From: Octopus vulgaris
Lineage: Eukaryota
DNA length: 64,000 nt
NCBI GenBank assembly: GCA_951406725.2
Contig: OX597827.1
Location: 69,068,001-69,132,000, forward strand
Reading direction: 5' to 3'
The position numbers were made by a program, and so were the translations under genes. The notes under the pieces were generated by a model. That model saw nothing but the letters and a program-made list of their open reading frames with translations, had not been told where the DNA came from and did not search any database. Every line of letters begins with the position of its first letter. The first letter of the stretch is position 1. This document shows positions 25,306 through 39,870 of this stretch, one piece after another.

Positions 25306-26699
25306 GTAAGCCAATAAACTCCACTAACTTCTTTTTTTTTCCTTTTTTTTTTAAATTAAATTTCTGCTTGTTTAGATCCCAGCTGAACCATAATTGAGCA
25401 GACCTATGGTCCAATATCCAGTCCATGCTTTATTCTTTATTCTCATGCATAGCGTGGCTGTGTGGTTAAGGACCTTGCATCCCAACCACATGGCTTTGGG
25501 TTCAGTCCCACTGCATGACTTCTTGCCCAACTGTCTTTTATTGTTGCCTTGGGCTGGCTAAAGCTTTGCGAGCGGATTTGGTTGAGGGAAACTGAAAGAT
25601 GCTCATCAGGTGTGTGTATAGATAGTGTTATGACATGAGTATACATGTCTGGTGTAAAATGGCAATACACAAATAAATAGTTGGTTGTGGTTATCTAAGA
25701 ATAACCTATTGCAGAAATCTATATATATATAAACAGCAAAATGTCTGTCTGTGTGTGTACTACTCAAACATAGGTATGACACTCTGTATTCACAGTTCAA
25801 CTACCAGCTGTTAAACCAACATGTTGAACTAACACAGTTGAATTAACACTGTAAAAAGCACCATTTGAGCGTATTCATTACCAGTGTCGCCTTACTGGCA
25901 CATGAACAAAACATTTGAGTGAGATTGTTGCCAGTGCCGCTGGACTGGCTCCTGTGCAGGTGGCATGTAAAAAATCACCATTTGAGCGAGGCTGTTGCCA
26001 GTACCACCAGACTGACCCTCGTGCCAGTGGCATGTAAAAGCAGTCACTACACTCTCGGAGTGGTTGGCGTTAGGAAGGGCATCCAGCTGTAGAAACTCTG
26101 CTAGATCAGATTGGAACCTGGTGTAGCCATCTGGTTCGCCAGTCCTCAGTCAAACCGTCCAACCCATGCTAGCATGGAAAGCGGACATTAAATGATGATG
26201 ATAATGATGAACTATCCCCTCAAAGTTCACTCAGTTCTTATTTATTGTAATCGGATAGTCCACCTTCAGTCACATGGGGGTATTCAGGATTCTCCCATAA
26301 CAGATAGATAGAATGGTGATGAGATAGATACATAGATAGATGTGTGTGTTTTACTCTTCTTATCTTGACTTCATGTAATAGTTGTAAACGAGTATCCTTG
26401 TCAAGCAAGTGGTGTCCTTTGTTTCCAATTTTCCATAATAACATGTCTCACAATGAAGACATATTACCTTGCTTTGTAAACAGTTTAGGGTTGGCAACAG
26501 GAAGGGCATCCTGCTGTAGAAAATTTGCCTCAACAAATTCCATCTGATCTATGTAATCATAGAAGAGTAGATGTTAAAAAATGATGGTGATGAGTGTATA
26601 TTGAGGATTTCATTATCAAAAGTACATCCTTTTTAAGATGTACGGTGTAATTTGAGTGAGATTTAGTTGCTATTTCTTGTTGATCAAGCTATTTAGAAC

Positions 26700-27570
26700 A
26701 GAAATGTGGAAACCTTTTGGTGCTATGTTTCAATTTCGAATGCATGAGAACCTCTGCTATGGACAATTAGGAATCTTTGTGCTGTTCTTCCTTTTGAGGT
26801 ATAAGCATAACTGTTAGAGGATTGGGTAAGATGTGGTGTTTTGTATACTGACCGCAACATCTGTGGCAACACTGATTCAAATCTCTGTCTCACCATGTTA
26901 CAGTGGTATCTCGAAGAGGGGAGACAACTAACAGTCATCCTCAAGATATTTTACCCTGGCTCACATGTACATGTCTATCACAAGGTCCAGTCCTTGTTGC
27001 AGTGTGATGGCTTGTGTGCTTTGATAACCCAGGGAGCTATGCCAGGGGTGTACAAACAAGCTCCCGATAGGGTATCCTATGCTGGACGAGTCAAAAGACA
27101 GAGGCCAGACAAATATGGACCGCATCTTGCCAGAGGTGAAAATGGATTTGTGTAGAGACAATACTCCTGCCTAGAAAAGAAGCAAAGTTTTAGAAGCATT
27201 CATGACAATTCAAAACCAACAAGACCTGGCAGAAGGCCTTCTTTCAAGGGGACATCTGATGCAGTGCAACAAAATTGGAGACAAAAAGTAGGGACCCAAC
27301 TTGAGAGGAAGGCCTTCTTTCAAGGGAACATCTGATGCAGTGCAACAAAATCGGAACCAAAAGGTAGGGACCCAACTTCAGAGGAGGGCCTTCTTTCAAG
27401 GGAACATCTGATGCAGTGCAACAAAATTGGAGCTAATAAGTAGGAACCCAACTGAAGAGAAATTAAAAGGGACAGCTCACATTGATAATGACTGAAACCC
27501 AACAAGACCTGAGGCTAGTGTAGAAAAGTCATCAATGGCCTGTACTTTGTAGGGAGCAAAGAGCTTAACC
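26700..27570 (+). mobile_element. Decayed LINE 3' fragment with internal ~76-bp triplication (27232-27460)
   Basis: gaaggccttctttcaagggaacatctgatgcagtgcaacaaaa x3; RTE-like ending (KVINGLYFVGSKEL). Confidence 0.5.
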
Positions 27571-28692
27571 TCTTAACATAGAAATTTTTTCAATGTCCAT
27601 GCCAAAAAAATTTTTTTTAAATTTATTTTGAATCTGTATATAAGGAAGAGTAAGTACACAAATTATTTTGAATCAGTTATGATTCATTATGAAGTTATTA
27701 ATAGAAATGATAGTTAATGCTAGAAAACAGGAATAACATCACGAACAAAGTATTTTGGGTTAGAAATAAGTGACATATCCCCCAGAATACAGTGAACATA
27801 TGTTTGCGTTCAAATATTTATTTACTAGACATCTCTGAATGAAAATATAGGGGGTAATATGTTAAGAGGTTAAATGAAGTATACATACCTGTAGGAGGGG
27901 AAAATGTGTCACCCACCTTACCACTGGTGTTGGTTTGTTTACATCCCCTGTAATTTAGCAATTTGGCAGAAAGTAGACTGATAGAATAAGTACCACGTGC
28001 GTTGCCCCAGCATGGCCACAGTCTAATGACTGAAACTAGTAAAAGACAGAAGATAATTTGAATTGACCATTTGAACACCTTCAACCATTAAACATTCAAA
28101 TTTTACTGTCAAATGTAATGCTTATTTTTCTTTTTTTTTTTTACATTGTTTTGAGTTAAGTGTTAGGTTATAAAATAACAATAAATGCGCCCTTTTAAAG
28201 CATAGCCAGGCTCATGGGCCCAGTTTCCCGGTTTCAATGGTGTATGTGTTCCCCAGGTGGACGGGACGCCAGTCCATCATCGCAGCGTTACTCATTTTTG
28301 CCAGCTGAGTGAACTGGAGCAACGTGAAATGAAGTTTTTTGCTCAAGAACGCAACGAGTCTCCCGGTCCTGGAATCGAAACCACAATCTTACGACCATGA
28401 TGCTGACATCCTAACCACTAAGCCATGTGCCACCACAAAGTGTTAAGTTATAGCTACAAGATTTCAATGATGTGAATGTTCATATTCAGAACAGCATATT
28501 TGAGCCAGTGTGAGAGGCCGGATCGAGCATAAAGCAGGCAAAATATTAAGGATGGATATGGATGGTTTAAATGTTAAAGAGTTAATTGAGTCAATTTCGG
28601 TTGGGTTGATATTGAAAAGGATTTATATATGAAAGGACTTTATCTAATTTCTTATTGTCTTCCTTATCTTATATTTTTCTTTTCTATTGCAG

Positions 28693-28728
28693 AGTTTGGA
28701 CGAATCGTTCGTCAATGGTATTGCTGAG
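28693..28728 (+). CDS. SMG8: SMG8 36-nt micro-exon 3 (SLDESFVNGIAE)
   Basis: Long pyrimidine tract plus ttgcag acceptor, GTATGG donor, phase 0-0 and open. Falls in a poorly conserved linker. Confidence 0.7.
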
Positions 28729-30408
28729 GTATGGCAGCTCTTTTTCTTGTTTCAAGCAATTATTACACCTGACAAGTTTAGGATATCTCTCCTTTTCTTC
28801 TACCCTACTCTCTCTTTCTCTCGATAGTGTCATTGTGTATGTGTGTATCTGTAACCCAATATTTGCATGCTAACATATCTTTATTTGCCTCTGAATTCTT
28901 ATGCCATCAACCATATACAATTCTTGCTGGTAAGAATAAGTTTTTAAAATGGACAGAAAATTTCAAAGGATGGTTTTGGTCCAATGGTAGAACATGTCAT
29001 GTTGAAAGATGTGGGTTCTAGTCCTATGAACAGCTTTCGATTTCTATCCAAAGGGTTTTTAACCCAATATTTACACACTATTGTTTATGACTTTTTTGCT
29101 TCCAGATTCGCCACTCCCAAAAATAATTATTTTACATTCTCTCAGACTTACAACAAAATATGTATCATTTATCCTTCAACTCATTGCACCCAAGGATTTT
29201 TTTCTTTGTCCCAATATTCCATATGCTATTATTTATAGCTTTATCTATTTCAAGTTTCACTGTTAAAAACATTTTATTTCATTTCTCATGAAGTTTCTAA
29301 GTTCTTTTGATGAAAATTTGTGTGCGTATTGTGTATTTTTCGGTACATATTCCAGCATGGAAAATGGATGTTAAGTGATGATGATAATGAATACATCTAC
29401 AGATAATTAGCCACTTTTACCCTTTTGATAGAAAAAGTCGAAAACTGGTCATGGGATTCGTCCACATCTTCTATAAACATGTTTATGTAAAATTAATTTA
29501 TTATAATAAATTCTAACATTTAAAATACATATATAAACTCCCTGGGGTTGACCATGTATTTATTATGTACATCTATGCTAATTTTTCTTATTGACTGCAA
29601 ATTTAACAAAGACCTGCATATAATTCTTCAAAGTAAATAAATTAATATGAAAACCAACTAGAGATTTATAAACAACCTATCAAGGTTTTGTAAAGTGTTG
29701 TAGTGAAATTATACAAAAAAGTAGTAATGATATTTTGACTTTTCTTTTTTTTTTAATGGTTAAATTTGAGGGGAGGTGTTTGCATTAGATAATTAGATAC
29801 ATGGTCCCATTGTTTGTCATCTTCATCATTTAACGTCTGCGTTCCATGCTGGCATGAGTTGGACAGTTTGAATGAAAACTTGTAAGCTGCGAAGCTGCAC
29901 CAGCTTCCACTCTGATTTGGCATGGTTTCTACAGCTGGATGCCCTTCCTAGAGCCAACCACTCTGAGAGTGTAGTGGATGCTTTTTACATGCCACCAGTA
30001 CTGGTGCCAGTTACCAATCACTGCCATCAGCTACAATTACGATCTATCTCACTTGGCTCGACATGACATATTGCTAAAGGTCTCAGTCACTTGTCACTGC
30101 CCCCATGAGGCCCAAAGTACGAAGGGTGGTTTTTATGTGCCACCAGCATGGGTGCCAGTTATGAAACCCTCCCATATTGGCCATGACTACAATCTGACTT
30201 GGCTTGACCCGTCTTCTCGAGCACAGTATATTGTCAAAGATCTCAGTCACTTACCACTGCTTCCGTGAGGCCCAAAGTTCGAAGGGTGTTTCCTCCATGC
30301 CAACAGCACAGGTACCAGTTACAAAAAAATTAAAATGTGGAGCTTTCAGCTAGATTAATATTAAAAAGGTTAAATTTAAAGTAATATTTCTGTTCTTTTT
30401 CTTTCCAG

Positions 30409-30531
30409 GATGAAATAGAATACTATTACGACACATCAAATCATGTAGTCTACCTCCATTACAGTTCGTTGCTTGACAGCTACCGTTTGGCAACCTTGTG
30501 CCAAAAGCTGGACACTGATGTTGCACAGCAG
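30409..30531 (+). CDS. SMG8: SMG8 exon 4 (DEIEYYYDTSNHVVYLHYSSLLDSYRLATLCQKLDTDVAQQ)
   Basis: ctttccag acceptor, GTATGT donor. Aligns to human QAYYSQESKVLYLLLTSICD. Confidence 0.93.
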
Positions 30532-31115
30532 GTATGTTGTTTTTTCATCATCGTCATTTAACATCCGTTGCCCATGCTGGTATAGGTTACACAGTTTGAC
30601 CAGGGCTGGTAAACTGAGAGGCTGCACCAGACACTAGTCCGATTTGGCATGGTTTCTACGGTTGGATGCCGTTCCTCATGCCAAGCACTCCGAGAGTGTA
30701 ATGGGTACTTTTACATGCCACCGACATAGGTCCCAGTTTGCACGACACCAATATCGGCCATAACTTTGATTTTACTTGGCTTGATGGGTCTTCTTCTCAA
30801 GCACCTCATTTGTCATTGCCTCTGTGAGGCCCACTGTTTGGAAGGTGCTTTTCACATGCACCAGCACACTTTGTTTATTGTTATTATTATTATTATTATT
30901 AAAGGCAATGAGCTGGCAGAACCATTAGCATGCCGGGCAAAATGCTTGGCGATATTTTGTCTGTCTTTATGTTCTGAGTTCAAATTCTGCCAAGGTCAAC
31001 TTTGCTTTTCATCCTTTCAGGGTCAATAAATTAAGTAACAGTTGTGTACTGGGGTCGATCTAATCAACTGGCCCGCTACCCCAAAATTTTAGGCCTTGTG
31101 CCTAGAGAAGAAAAG

Positions 31116-31147
<32 letters not shown>

Positions 31148-32337
31148 GTCTTTTGTTTATTATTTAATATTGAGTTATTTTTTATTTGTTTCACTCACTG
31201 GGTTGAGGCAATGCTGGGGCACAACCTTGAAGGGTTTAGTTCAGGGTTGGCCAACCTGAAGCCCACAGGCCACACGTGGCCTGCAGACTTTTATCTTGCA
31301 GCCCACTTGATACTTTATTGAAATGGGTTTATTTAAACAAACATTTCAAAAAATTTATCAGAAATTAAAGATTTTAACGAAAAGTAAAAAAAGAAAGATA
31401 CTACTGTTTTTGCAACGATAATATTTCATGTTGCATCAATGATCATTCAATCGTTATTGTAATAACAGCATGAGAAAGCAAAATGCTTTCGATTCTGTTA
31501 GCAGTGCGCTATTCCCATAGCATGCATATGTAGTTTGCAAGTGTTAATTCAACATCTTTTTTTGTATCTTTTATATGTATGCACATGTGTGTATACACTT
31601 GAACCCTTTAGTTACTGTATTTATTTTGAGATGTTTTGTGTTTCTTTCAATTACCTTAAATATAACAAAGAATTTAGTAAAATAATTTAGTTATCATTTA
31701 GCTGGTTTTAAAAACATAAATTGTGACTAAGGTTTGGTGGAAGATTTTTATTCAAAACTTATGAAAACAAGACACTTATACTGGGAGCCAGAGCCTCTGG
31801 CTCCCAGTCACACACACACTCACACATACACTCACACACACACTCAAACACACAAACACATACACACACAAATACATACACACATATACACACACACCAA
31901 CGCACACACACACACACATACTCACTCTCTCTCTCTCACATTCATACAGACATTATACATACAAACACACGAAAGACTTCTTTCAGTTTCCAACTATCAA
32001 AACCATTTACAAGGTACAATAGCCTGCCTAGGGCTGTAGTAGAAAACACAAGCTCAGTGCTACACACTGGGACTGGACTCAAGACCACACACTTACACTG
32101 CTATAAGTATTGGGGACCCCTCTGGATATGTTTTGATCTTCCAGTGTCATCAGCAAAGCATCGCCTTCCCTTTTTTTGAAATTTAGGCATCATTGTTCAT
32201 AAACTCTTAACCCCCATCCTCAATCTGCTGCTGTTAATATAGGTAATAAATAATTCTCTATTTATCAATATTATCATCATCGTTAACTTGATTTTTGTAA
32301 TATATTTATTTGTTTTTGTTTTCGTTTTTTGCTAAAG

Positions 32338-32421
32338 GATTTTCACACCATCTGGGAGACGGAGGAATTCCATCATGCTAAAACCTGGCTCCTCTTATTC
32401 TGCGTTTCTCATATTGTTCTG
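32338..32421 (+). CDS. SMG8: SMG8 exon 5 (DFHTIWETEEFHHAKTWLLLFCVSHIVL)
   Basis: AAG acceptor after a T-rich tract, GTAAGT donor. Aligns to human HEFWKHQE..LLYLFSVCHILL. Confidence 0.93.
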
Positions 32422-33011
32422 GTAAGTCAGCCTTACTGTTTATTATTACAGTTTGCAAACCATTCCATGGAATTGAGAGATAACTGACTTGCTATTAAGT
32501 TCTAACACCTGTTCACCCTTCAGCATTCAGACTATTTTATCAAATGTAATGCTTATTTATATTCGCATCATTTTCGAATTAATCCTGCATTATCTCGTAG
32601 CCTTTGCTATTTCAATTGTGTGGTAGGTGTGCAACACTGGATCCGGTCAGTTTGAACACAAAACAGGTGGAATATTAAACCAAACATTGTATTTGTTTAT
32701 CATCAGGTCAATCATCGTTGAGCAAACCTGTGAACAAACGTGTTCCAAATGACTATTCCACATTCTTTATCTTATTTTTTTCTTCTTCTAGAGATACTGT
32801 TGAATACTCTCTCTTTTACTTGTTTCAGTCATTTGGCTGCGGCCATGCTGGAGCACCGCCGCCTTAAATCGAGCAACTCGACCCCGGGACTTATTCTTTT
32901 TGTAAGCCCAGTACTTATTCTATCGGTCTCTTTTGCTAAACCGCTAAGTAGCGGGGACATAAACACACTAGCATCGGTTGTCAAGCAATGCTAGGGGGAC
33001 AAACACACACA

Positions 33012-33051
<40 letters not shown>

Positions 33052-33703
33052 TACGACGGGCTTCTTTCAGTTTCCGTCTACCAAATCCACTCACAAGGCT
33101 TTGGTTGGCCTGAAGCTATAGTAGAAGACACTTGCTCAAGGTGCCACGCAGTGGGACTGAACCCAGAACCATGCGGTTGGTAAACAAGCTACTTACCACA
33201 CAGCCACTCGTTGCAAGTTATTTCTGTTTTTTTCCCCACTGAGATAACCTACTCCTGTGTTACTATTTCTGAGGTCTGTCTAGAATATTTAGAATGCTAG
33301 AACATTCAGCAAACTTGACTCTTTTGAATGTTCTACACCAGCGTGTGTGGATTATTTTGCATCAAAGTGCAGTGCATGCACTAATCTGTTTTAACTCTTT
33401 AGCATTCGGATTACTTGTCGGTTTTCAGTGTGGATTAATGCTTAACTCAAATCTCCATAACATTAAACAGTGCTAGGTGGCACTGACAACAACCATGCAA
33501 ACAACATGAAATACGTAAACAAACAAGTTGAATACATAAGAGTGGCTGTGTGGTAAGTAGCTTGTTTACCAACCACATGGTTCCTGGTTCAGTCCCACTG
33601 CGTGGCACCTTGGGCAAGTGTCTTCTACAATAGCCTAGGGCCGACCAAAGCCTTGTGAGTGGATTTGGTAGACGGAAACTGAAAGAAGCCCGTCGTATAT
33701 ATG

Positions 33704-33734
<31 letters not shown>

Positions 33735-34070
33735 ATGTTTGTGTGTCTGTGTTTGTCTCCCTAGCATTGCTTGACAACCGATGCTGGTGTGTTTATGTCT
33801 CCCGTTACTTAGCGGTTCGGCAAAAGAGACCGATAGAATAAGTACTGGGCTTACAAAAGAATAAGTCCCGGGGTCGAGTTGCTCGATTAAAGGCGGTGCT
33901 CCAGCATGGCCGCAGTCAAATGACTGAAACAAGTAAAAGAGTAACAAGAGAGAAAAATGGAAAACGGGGCAAGTAACCACAAAGAAAGGCCCCTTCATCA
34001 GTTGTCAGCTGTCTATCTACTCCTCAGTTTGAACATTTATTGTCATATGTATTATTGTTTTTCTTTTCAG

Positions 34071-34138
34071 TTGGTTCACCCTGGCAGTTCCTTTGATACG
34101 AGCTTTATCCGGATTTTCCGGATCTTGGATACTCTCAG
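34071..34138 (+). CDS. SMG8: SMG8 exon 6 (LVHPGSSFDTSFIRIFRILDTL-R)
   Basis: ttttcag / GTATAG. Human LVHPTCSFDITYDRVFRALDGLR. Confidence 0.96.
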
Positions 34139-34359
34139 GTATAGCCTCTTGCTTCTTACATATTCTATTTAACTTCAAAGAATGGAAAGTAAAGTTGGTT
34201 TTGTTGTTGCTGTTGTTGTTGATGATGTTTGATGAGATGTTCCCTCCATGACCATCCTGTCATTTTGTGCTTCTAGAACTGAGGATACTGCTTGAAATAG
34301 CCAAGTTCTCTCAAAACACTGCCTACTCTCTTGGGAAAAGAAATATATATATTAATCAT

Positions 34360-34745
34360 AGGCGCAGGAGTGGCTGTGTGGTAAGTAGCTTGCTTACCAA
34401 CCACATGGTTCCGGGTTCAGTCCCACTGTGTGTCACCTTGGGCAAGTGTCTTCTACTATAGCCTCGGGCCGACCAAAGCCTTGAGTGGATTTGGTAGATG
34501 GAAACTGAAAGAAGCCCGTCATATATATGTATATATATGTGTGTGTGTGTGTGTGTCAGTGTTTGTCCCCCCAACATCGCTTGACAACCAATGGTGGTGT
34601 GTTTATGTCCCCGTAACTTAGTGGTTCGGCAAAAGAGACCGATAGAATAAGTATTAGGCTTGCAAAGAATAAGTCCTGGGGTCGATTTCCTTGACTAAAG
34701 GTGGTGCTCCAGCATGGCTGCAGTCAAATGACTGAAACAAGTAAA
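34360..34745 (+). mobile_element. tRNA-derived SINE family A (representative copy)
   Basis: A-box-like tggctgtgtgg, B-box-like gggttcagtccc, ccttgggcaagt domain, internal (TA/TG)n. Other copies at about 1190-1745(-), 3830-4205(+), 10090-10410(-), 20945-21460(+), 23512-23910(+), 32812-33210(-), 33538-33940(+), 41965-42330(+), 43395-43620(-), 51132-51520(-), 56637-57045(+), 61530-61930(-). Confidence 0.9.
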
Positions 34746-36155
34746 GAGAGAGAGAGAGTATAACAATCATGGCTGAATGCTTTGAATGATAGCCCTGTTT
34801 GATCAGAGATGACCTAGGGTTAAACAACAGCATGTCTGTTTATCTTTTACTTGTTTCAGTCATTGGACCATGGCCATGCTGGAACACTACCTTAAAGGAT
34901 TTAGTTAAACAGATTGATCCCAGGTCATACTTTTTAAATGTCGTACTTACTGTACTGGTCTCTTATGCTGAACTGCTAAATTACAGAAGAGTAAACACTG
35001 GAATAAATAAGTGCAGATGCATTTTAATAGAATTGAAGAAATTGATTCAGTCATCATCATCATCATCGTTTAGCATCCGCTTTCCATGCTAGCATGGGTT
35101 GGACGGTTCAACTGGGGTCTGGGAAGCCAGAAGGCTGCACCAGGCCCAGTCTGATCTGGCAATGTTTCTACGGCTGGATGCCCTTCCTAACGCCAACCAC
35201 TCCGTGAGTGTAGTGGGTGCTTTTTACATGCCACCGGCACAGGTGCCAGATGAGGCTGGCAAACGGTCATGATCGGATGGTGCTTTTTACGTGCCACCGG
35301 CACAGGGGCCAGACGAGGCTGGCAAACGGCCACGATCGGATGGTGCTTTTTACATGCCACGTCAGCAGATAATTTGTTTGCTGAAGCTTTTAACCATAGC
35401 CATGAACTTGTAGAATCATTAGCCCAGCATGACTCTGCCTGATAAGACGCAACAATGTTGAAACACTAGGTGTTCCAAAGACAAAATTGTGTTGAGGCAG
35501 ATTTTCTATGGCTGGATGTCTTGGAAGATGGAGAAATATAGGAATCCACATGCATGACATTTGCGCTGGTGGCACACAAAAAAAAAAAAGCACACGGTAC
35601 ATGCTGTAAAGAAAGTGGTTGATGTTAAGAAGGCCATCTAGCAATAGAAATCAATTCAAAGTAGACATCTGAACATGATGCAGATCTTGGGGGTCATCAG
35701 ATCCTCTCAAACCATCGAATCCATACCAGCATGGAACCTAGACATTAACTGATAAAGGTGGCGAACTGGCAGAAATGTTAGCACACCGGGCAAAATGCTT
35801 AGCGGTATTTCGTCTGCCGCTACATCTGAGTTCAAATTCCGCCGAGGTTGACTTTGCCTTTCATCCTTTCGGGGTCGATAAATTAAGTACCAGTTATGCA
35901 CTGGGGTCGATGTAATCGACTTAATCCATTTGTCTGTCCTTGTTTGTTCCCTCTGTGTTTAGCTCCTTGTGGGTAGTAAAAAGAAATAGACATCAACTGA
36001 TTATGAAGCAGACTTACCAATAAGGCCATGTCTAACCTAATATCTATTAAGTATGACTTCTGTGTAGCTTCTGAGACTACACCATAATAAATGCAGTCTT
36101 TTAGTATTAATTTGTTGTTGTTACTGTTATTGAGACACTCTGTTGCTAATTTCAG

Positions 36156-36318
36156 GGTCCAGTTATTAAGTGTGATGAGCGAACAGCTGCAAGGGCTCCA
36201 CATTTCTAAGGAATGGTACCTGAGTGCCCGGCCGTGTTCACCTCGGGTGCTGTTTGTCTTCCAGACCACACTGCTTGATATTTCAACCGAAGACAATGAT
36301 ATGAAACCTCGATCTCAG
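36156..36318 (+). CDS. SMG8: SMG8 exon 7 (VQLLSVMSEQLQGLHISKEWYLSARPCSPRVLFVFQ...KPRSQ)
   Basis: tttcag / GTAAGG. Human KDWKLNCRPCPPRLLFLFQ. Confidence 0.96.
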
Positions 36319-36574
36319 GTAAGGAAAGGAAAGGACCAGTCTAACCTCCATCACCCCGTGCAACGATGTTTATTTTGTGTGTCAGTGTGTGCTTGTTTGT
36401 ACATGGGTGTGTGTATCATCATCATTTAGCATCTGCTTTCCATGCTAGCATGGTTTAGATGGTTTGAGACTGAGACTGGTACACCAGGCTCCAGTCTGAT
36501 TTGGCATGGTTTCTATGGTTGCATGGACAACGGATGCTAAATGATGATGATATATATATATATATGTATATATC

Positions 36575-37865
36575 ATCATCACCACCATCATTTAGCATCC
36601 GTTGTCCATGCTGGCATAGGCTGAGCAGTTTGACCAGGGCTGGTAAGCTGAGGGGCTGTACCAAACTGTAGTCTGATTAGGTATGGTTTCTATGGCTGGA
36701 TGCCCTTCCTAACGCCAAGCACTCCAAGAGTGTAATGGGTACTTTTATATGCCACTAGCACGGGTGCCAGTTTGCATGACACCAATATCTGCCACAACTA
36801 CGATTTCACTTCACTTGATGGGTCTTCTTCTCAAGCACAGAATATTGCCAAAGGTCTTGGTCATTTGTCATTGCTTCCATGAGGCCCAGTGCTTGGAAAG
36901 TGCTTTTTGTGCCACCAGCATGGGTACTAGTTATGTGATACCAGCATCAGCCACATTGCCTCCTTGAGGCCCCACACTCGAAAGGTGCTTTTTACATGCT
37001 ACCGGCATGAGTACCAGTTACTTGACACCAACAATGACTACAGCTATGATTTCACTTGGCTTGACAGGTTTTCTCAAGCACAGCATATCACGAAAAGTCT
37101 TGGTCACTTGTCATTGCCTCCATGCGGCCCAAAGTTTGAAGATCATGCTTCACCACCTCGTCCCATGCCTTCCTGCATCTCCCTCTTCCATGCCTTCCTT
37201 CGACTGGTAGAGATCAGCACTTCACACAACCATCCACATCCATACGCATCACATTACCATACCATCACAGTCGTCTCTCTTGTACACCACATCTGATGCC
37301 TCTTATGCCCAGCTTTTCTCTCAAGACTCTTACACCTTGTTGTACATGCACACTGACATTACACATCCAGCAAAGCATACTGGCTTCGTTTCTTTCAAGC
37401 TACACATGTCCTCAGCAGTCACAGCCCATGTTTCGTTGCTCTGTAACATGGCTGTTCACACACAGGCCTCATACAATCTGCCTTTCGCTCTGAGGGAGAG
37501 GCTTTTTGTTACCAACAGAGGTAGGAGCTCTCTGAACTTTGCCCAACCTATTTTTGTTCTAGCAGTTACACTCTCGGATCATCCACCCACACTACTGGCT
37601 TGGTCACCTAGATAACAGAAGTTATCAACTACTTCTAGCTTTTCCCTTTGGCATTTGATGGAGTCTATTTTCTTCACATTTTTAGTGCTTATTGTACCTG
37701 TGCACCTACCACACACAAAAAACTATTTTCCCTGTTAACCTTCCTCTGATATTGCTGCACCTCTTATGTATCCATAGCTTGCACCGAGTATATCTTATGG
37801 AATTTCTAGCTACACCTTTTCTACAGATCATGCAGAGCCATCTACCTGAAGGGATTTGGGATTTG
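36575..37865 (-). mobile_element. 5'-truncated RTE-clade LINE with 3'UTR and (GAT)n tail
   Basis: Degenerate ORF pieces CMICRKGVARNSIRYTRCKLWIHKRCS, LEVVDNFCYLGD, IGWAKFRELLPLL, then the aggaagggcatccag..catggaaa..gttaaa(tga)n tail. That tail recurs alone at about 5330, 25850-26205, 29818-30320, 35050-35360, 42635-43050, 48890-49068, 51635-51940, 55820-56215, 58280-58545, 60678-61085, 62205-62665. Confidence 0.85.
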
Positions 37866-38285
37866 TTTGATTGAGCAGGGTCATCTACCTGGTGGGATTT
37901 ATGATTTGTATATAAGGGTGAGTGGACAAACAAAAGCAAGAAGCACTCAACACATTTAGTAAGATTTACATATATTATTATTTTAACAGTTTCGTCTGGC
38001 ACCTGCAACTGCAAGGAACCTATGGAACTTCAAACTGCATGGGACTGAACCAAACTGTTTAAAATAAAAGTAATAATAATAATACACACACACAATGGGC
38101 TTCTTTCAGTTTCTGTCTACCAAATTGATTCTTGGGGTTTTAATCTGCCAGTGCTATACTAGAATACACATTCCCAAAATGCCACGCTGTGGGATTGAAC
38201 CTGCCACTATGTGGTTGGGAAGCAAACTTCTTGACCACATAGCCATGCTGGCACCTTACTTCATATTTCTTGTTTCTTATTTCAG

Positions 38286-38374
38286 CGTAACCCTCCACTG
38301 AAACGACTGCAGCATGCTATGGAGGATCAGATTTATCGTCTGCTGAGGAAGTCTCGTGTGATCACAAATATCAG
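38286..38374 (+). CDS. SMG8: SMG8 exon 8 (RNPPLKRLQHAMEDQIYRLLRKSRVITNI-S)
   Basis: tttcag / GTACAG. Human RRLQHALEDQIYRIFRKSRVLTN. Confidence 0.97.
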
Positions 38375-38652
38375 GTACAGTCCTACAACAGATAGAGCTT
38401 TCTGTTTCCATTTTAACTCTAGTAAATCTTGTATCACATCACCAGTTCAGTTGTTGCTCTAGTCTCAGTGTTAGTTATATGGATGACGTGTGTGTGTGTG
38501 CATTCTTTTACTTGTTTCAGTCATTTGACTGCAGCCATGCTAGAGCACCACCTTAAAGTGAAGACTGGTGACAGGAAAAGCATCCATCCATAGAAAAATC
38601 TACTTCAATGCATTCTGTTTGACCCATGCAACCACTGAAAAGTGGACATTAA

Positions 38653-39870
38653 CCCTTTCGATACTAACCTGGCTGTAGCCAGCCGAAAAATTTTTTGGTT
38701 CATAAGACCAACCCAGCCATAGCCGGCTGAGAGCACCCATTGTTATTTAAATGTGAATTTAAGCACAAATCACGTTAGTACATTTGTGAAAATATGTGAC
38801 TTCACTTTGTAAATAGTTGAGTTATAGTATCTTGACGTGATATCTGAACTCAGTGAATTTTGGGAGATTTTTTTCCATACTTTTTCGGCATTGTTTTTTT
38901 TTTCAACTTTGAAAATGGATAGGAGTTTCATGCTGTCAAGCAGTGATTTCGAATTTTAAAGTTTTTCAACAGAAAATATTGGGATATCGAGAAAAAGAAT
39001 GAATAAGGTACAACAGCACGTGGTGTACGAAAAGGAATAGGATATTTCTGTAACCAAAACCTAAAGCAGTGATTCTGAAGAAACTGGAAGCGGTGATAGC
39101 AACAGCAAAGACAATTTTACATCGGAATGAAGTAAAAACTTTAAAAATGTTTTTATTAGCAATTTTTCTGAGGAAATGGGGTCTATCCATAGTCTTTCTT
39201 AGGAAGCAAAACTGTTAGACTTTTATTTTTTTTAGTATGCTTGTTTGGAGCGATCTCTGCGGAAACAAACTATTACACAGAATTTAAACAAACAGTATAT
39301 GCCAGGAAAGCCCACAATATGGGGGATCAAAGTTTGGAAAATTTCCGTGGCAAATACAGAGTACTGCTGTGAATTTAGTTTTAATACAGGAAAAATAATG
39401 TTAGTCAGCATGGTCTAGGGTACGATGTGGTCTGGAATTTATCACTTCCATACCATAACCAGGGCCGTATATTATTTTTTGACCGTTTTTTTTTTTAGTT
39501 CGGTCAAACTTACGGTGGATTCCAGTATTTCAGTTTATTTCACCTTTATGGTACACCTGTTCTGTTGTGCATTAAATTCAGCTGATGATCTAGTGATGTG
39601 CACAATTCTTCTATATCAAAATTTTGTGCATACCCAATTGAATATTAGCTGATGATTCATTTTCTATGGTGATGTTTAAACAAAATTTTTATATTTTTAC
39701 CTTTTGCTCAGTTTACCTGGATTTGCCTGTAATTAAAGTCACTTTAAGACAAAAGTTATGCAATAGAACTGATTAAGAACCCTTTCTTTAATTATATTCC
39801 AAATATCACATTAATATGTTGCTAAGTAAAAAAGTTACAGTTGTTTAATGAAACTAGTCTAAATTCATGA
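38653..39870 (+). mobile_element. piggyBac-like DNA transposon remnant
   Basis: TTAA|CCCTTT left end at 38649-38658. Transposase remnant QYMPGKPTIWGIKVWK..EYCCEFSFNTGK..HGLGYDVV..FFDRFF at 39293-39500. Right end not found, so the end coordinate is approximate. Confidence 0.8.
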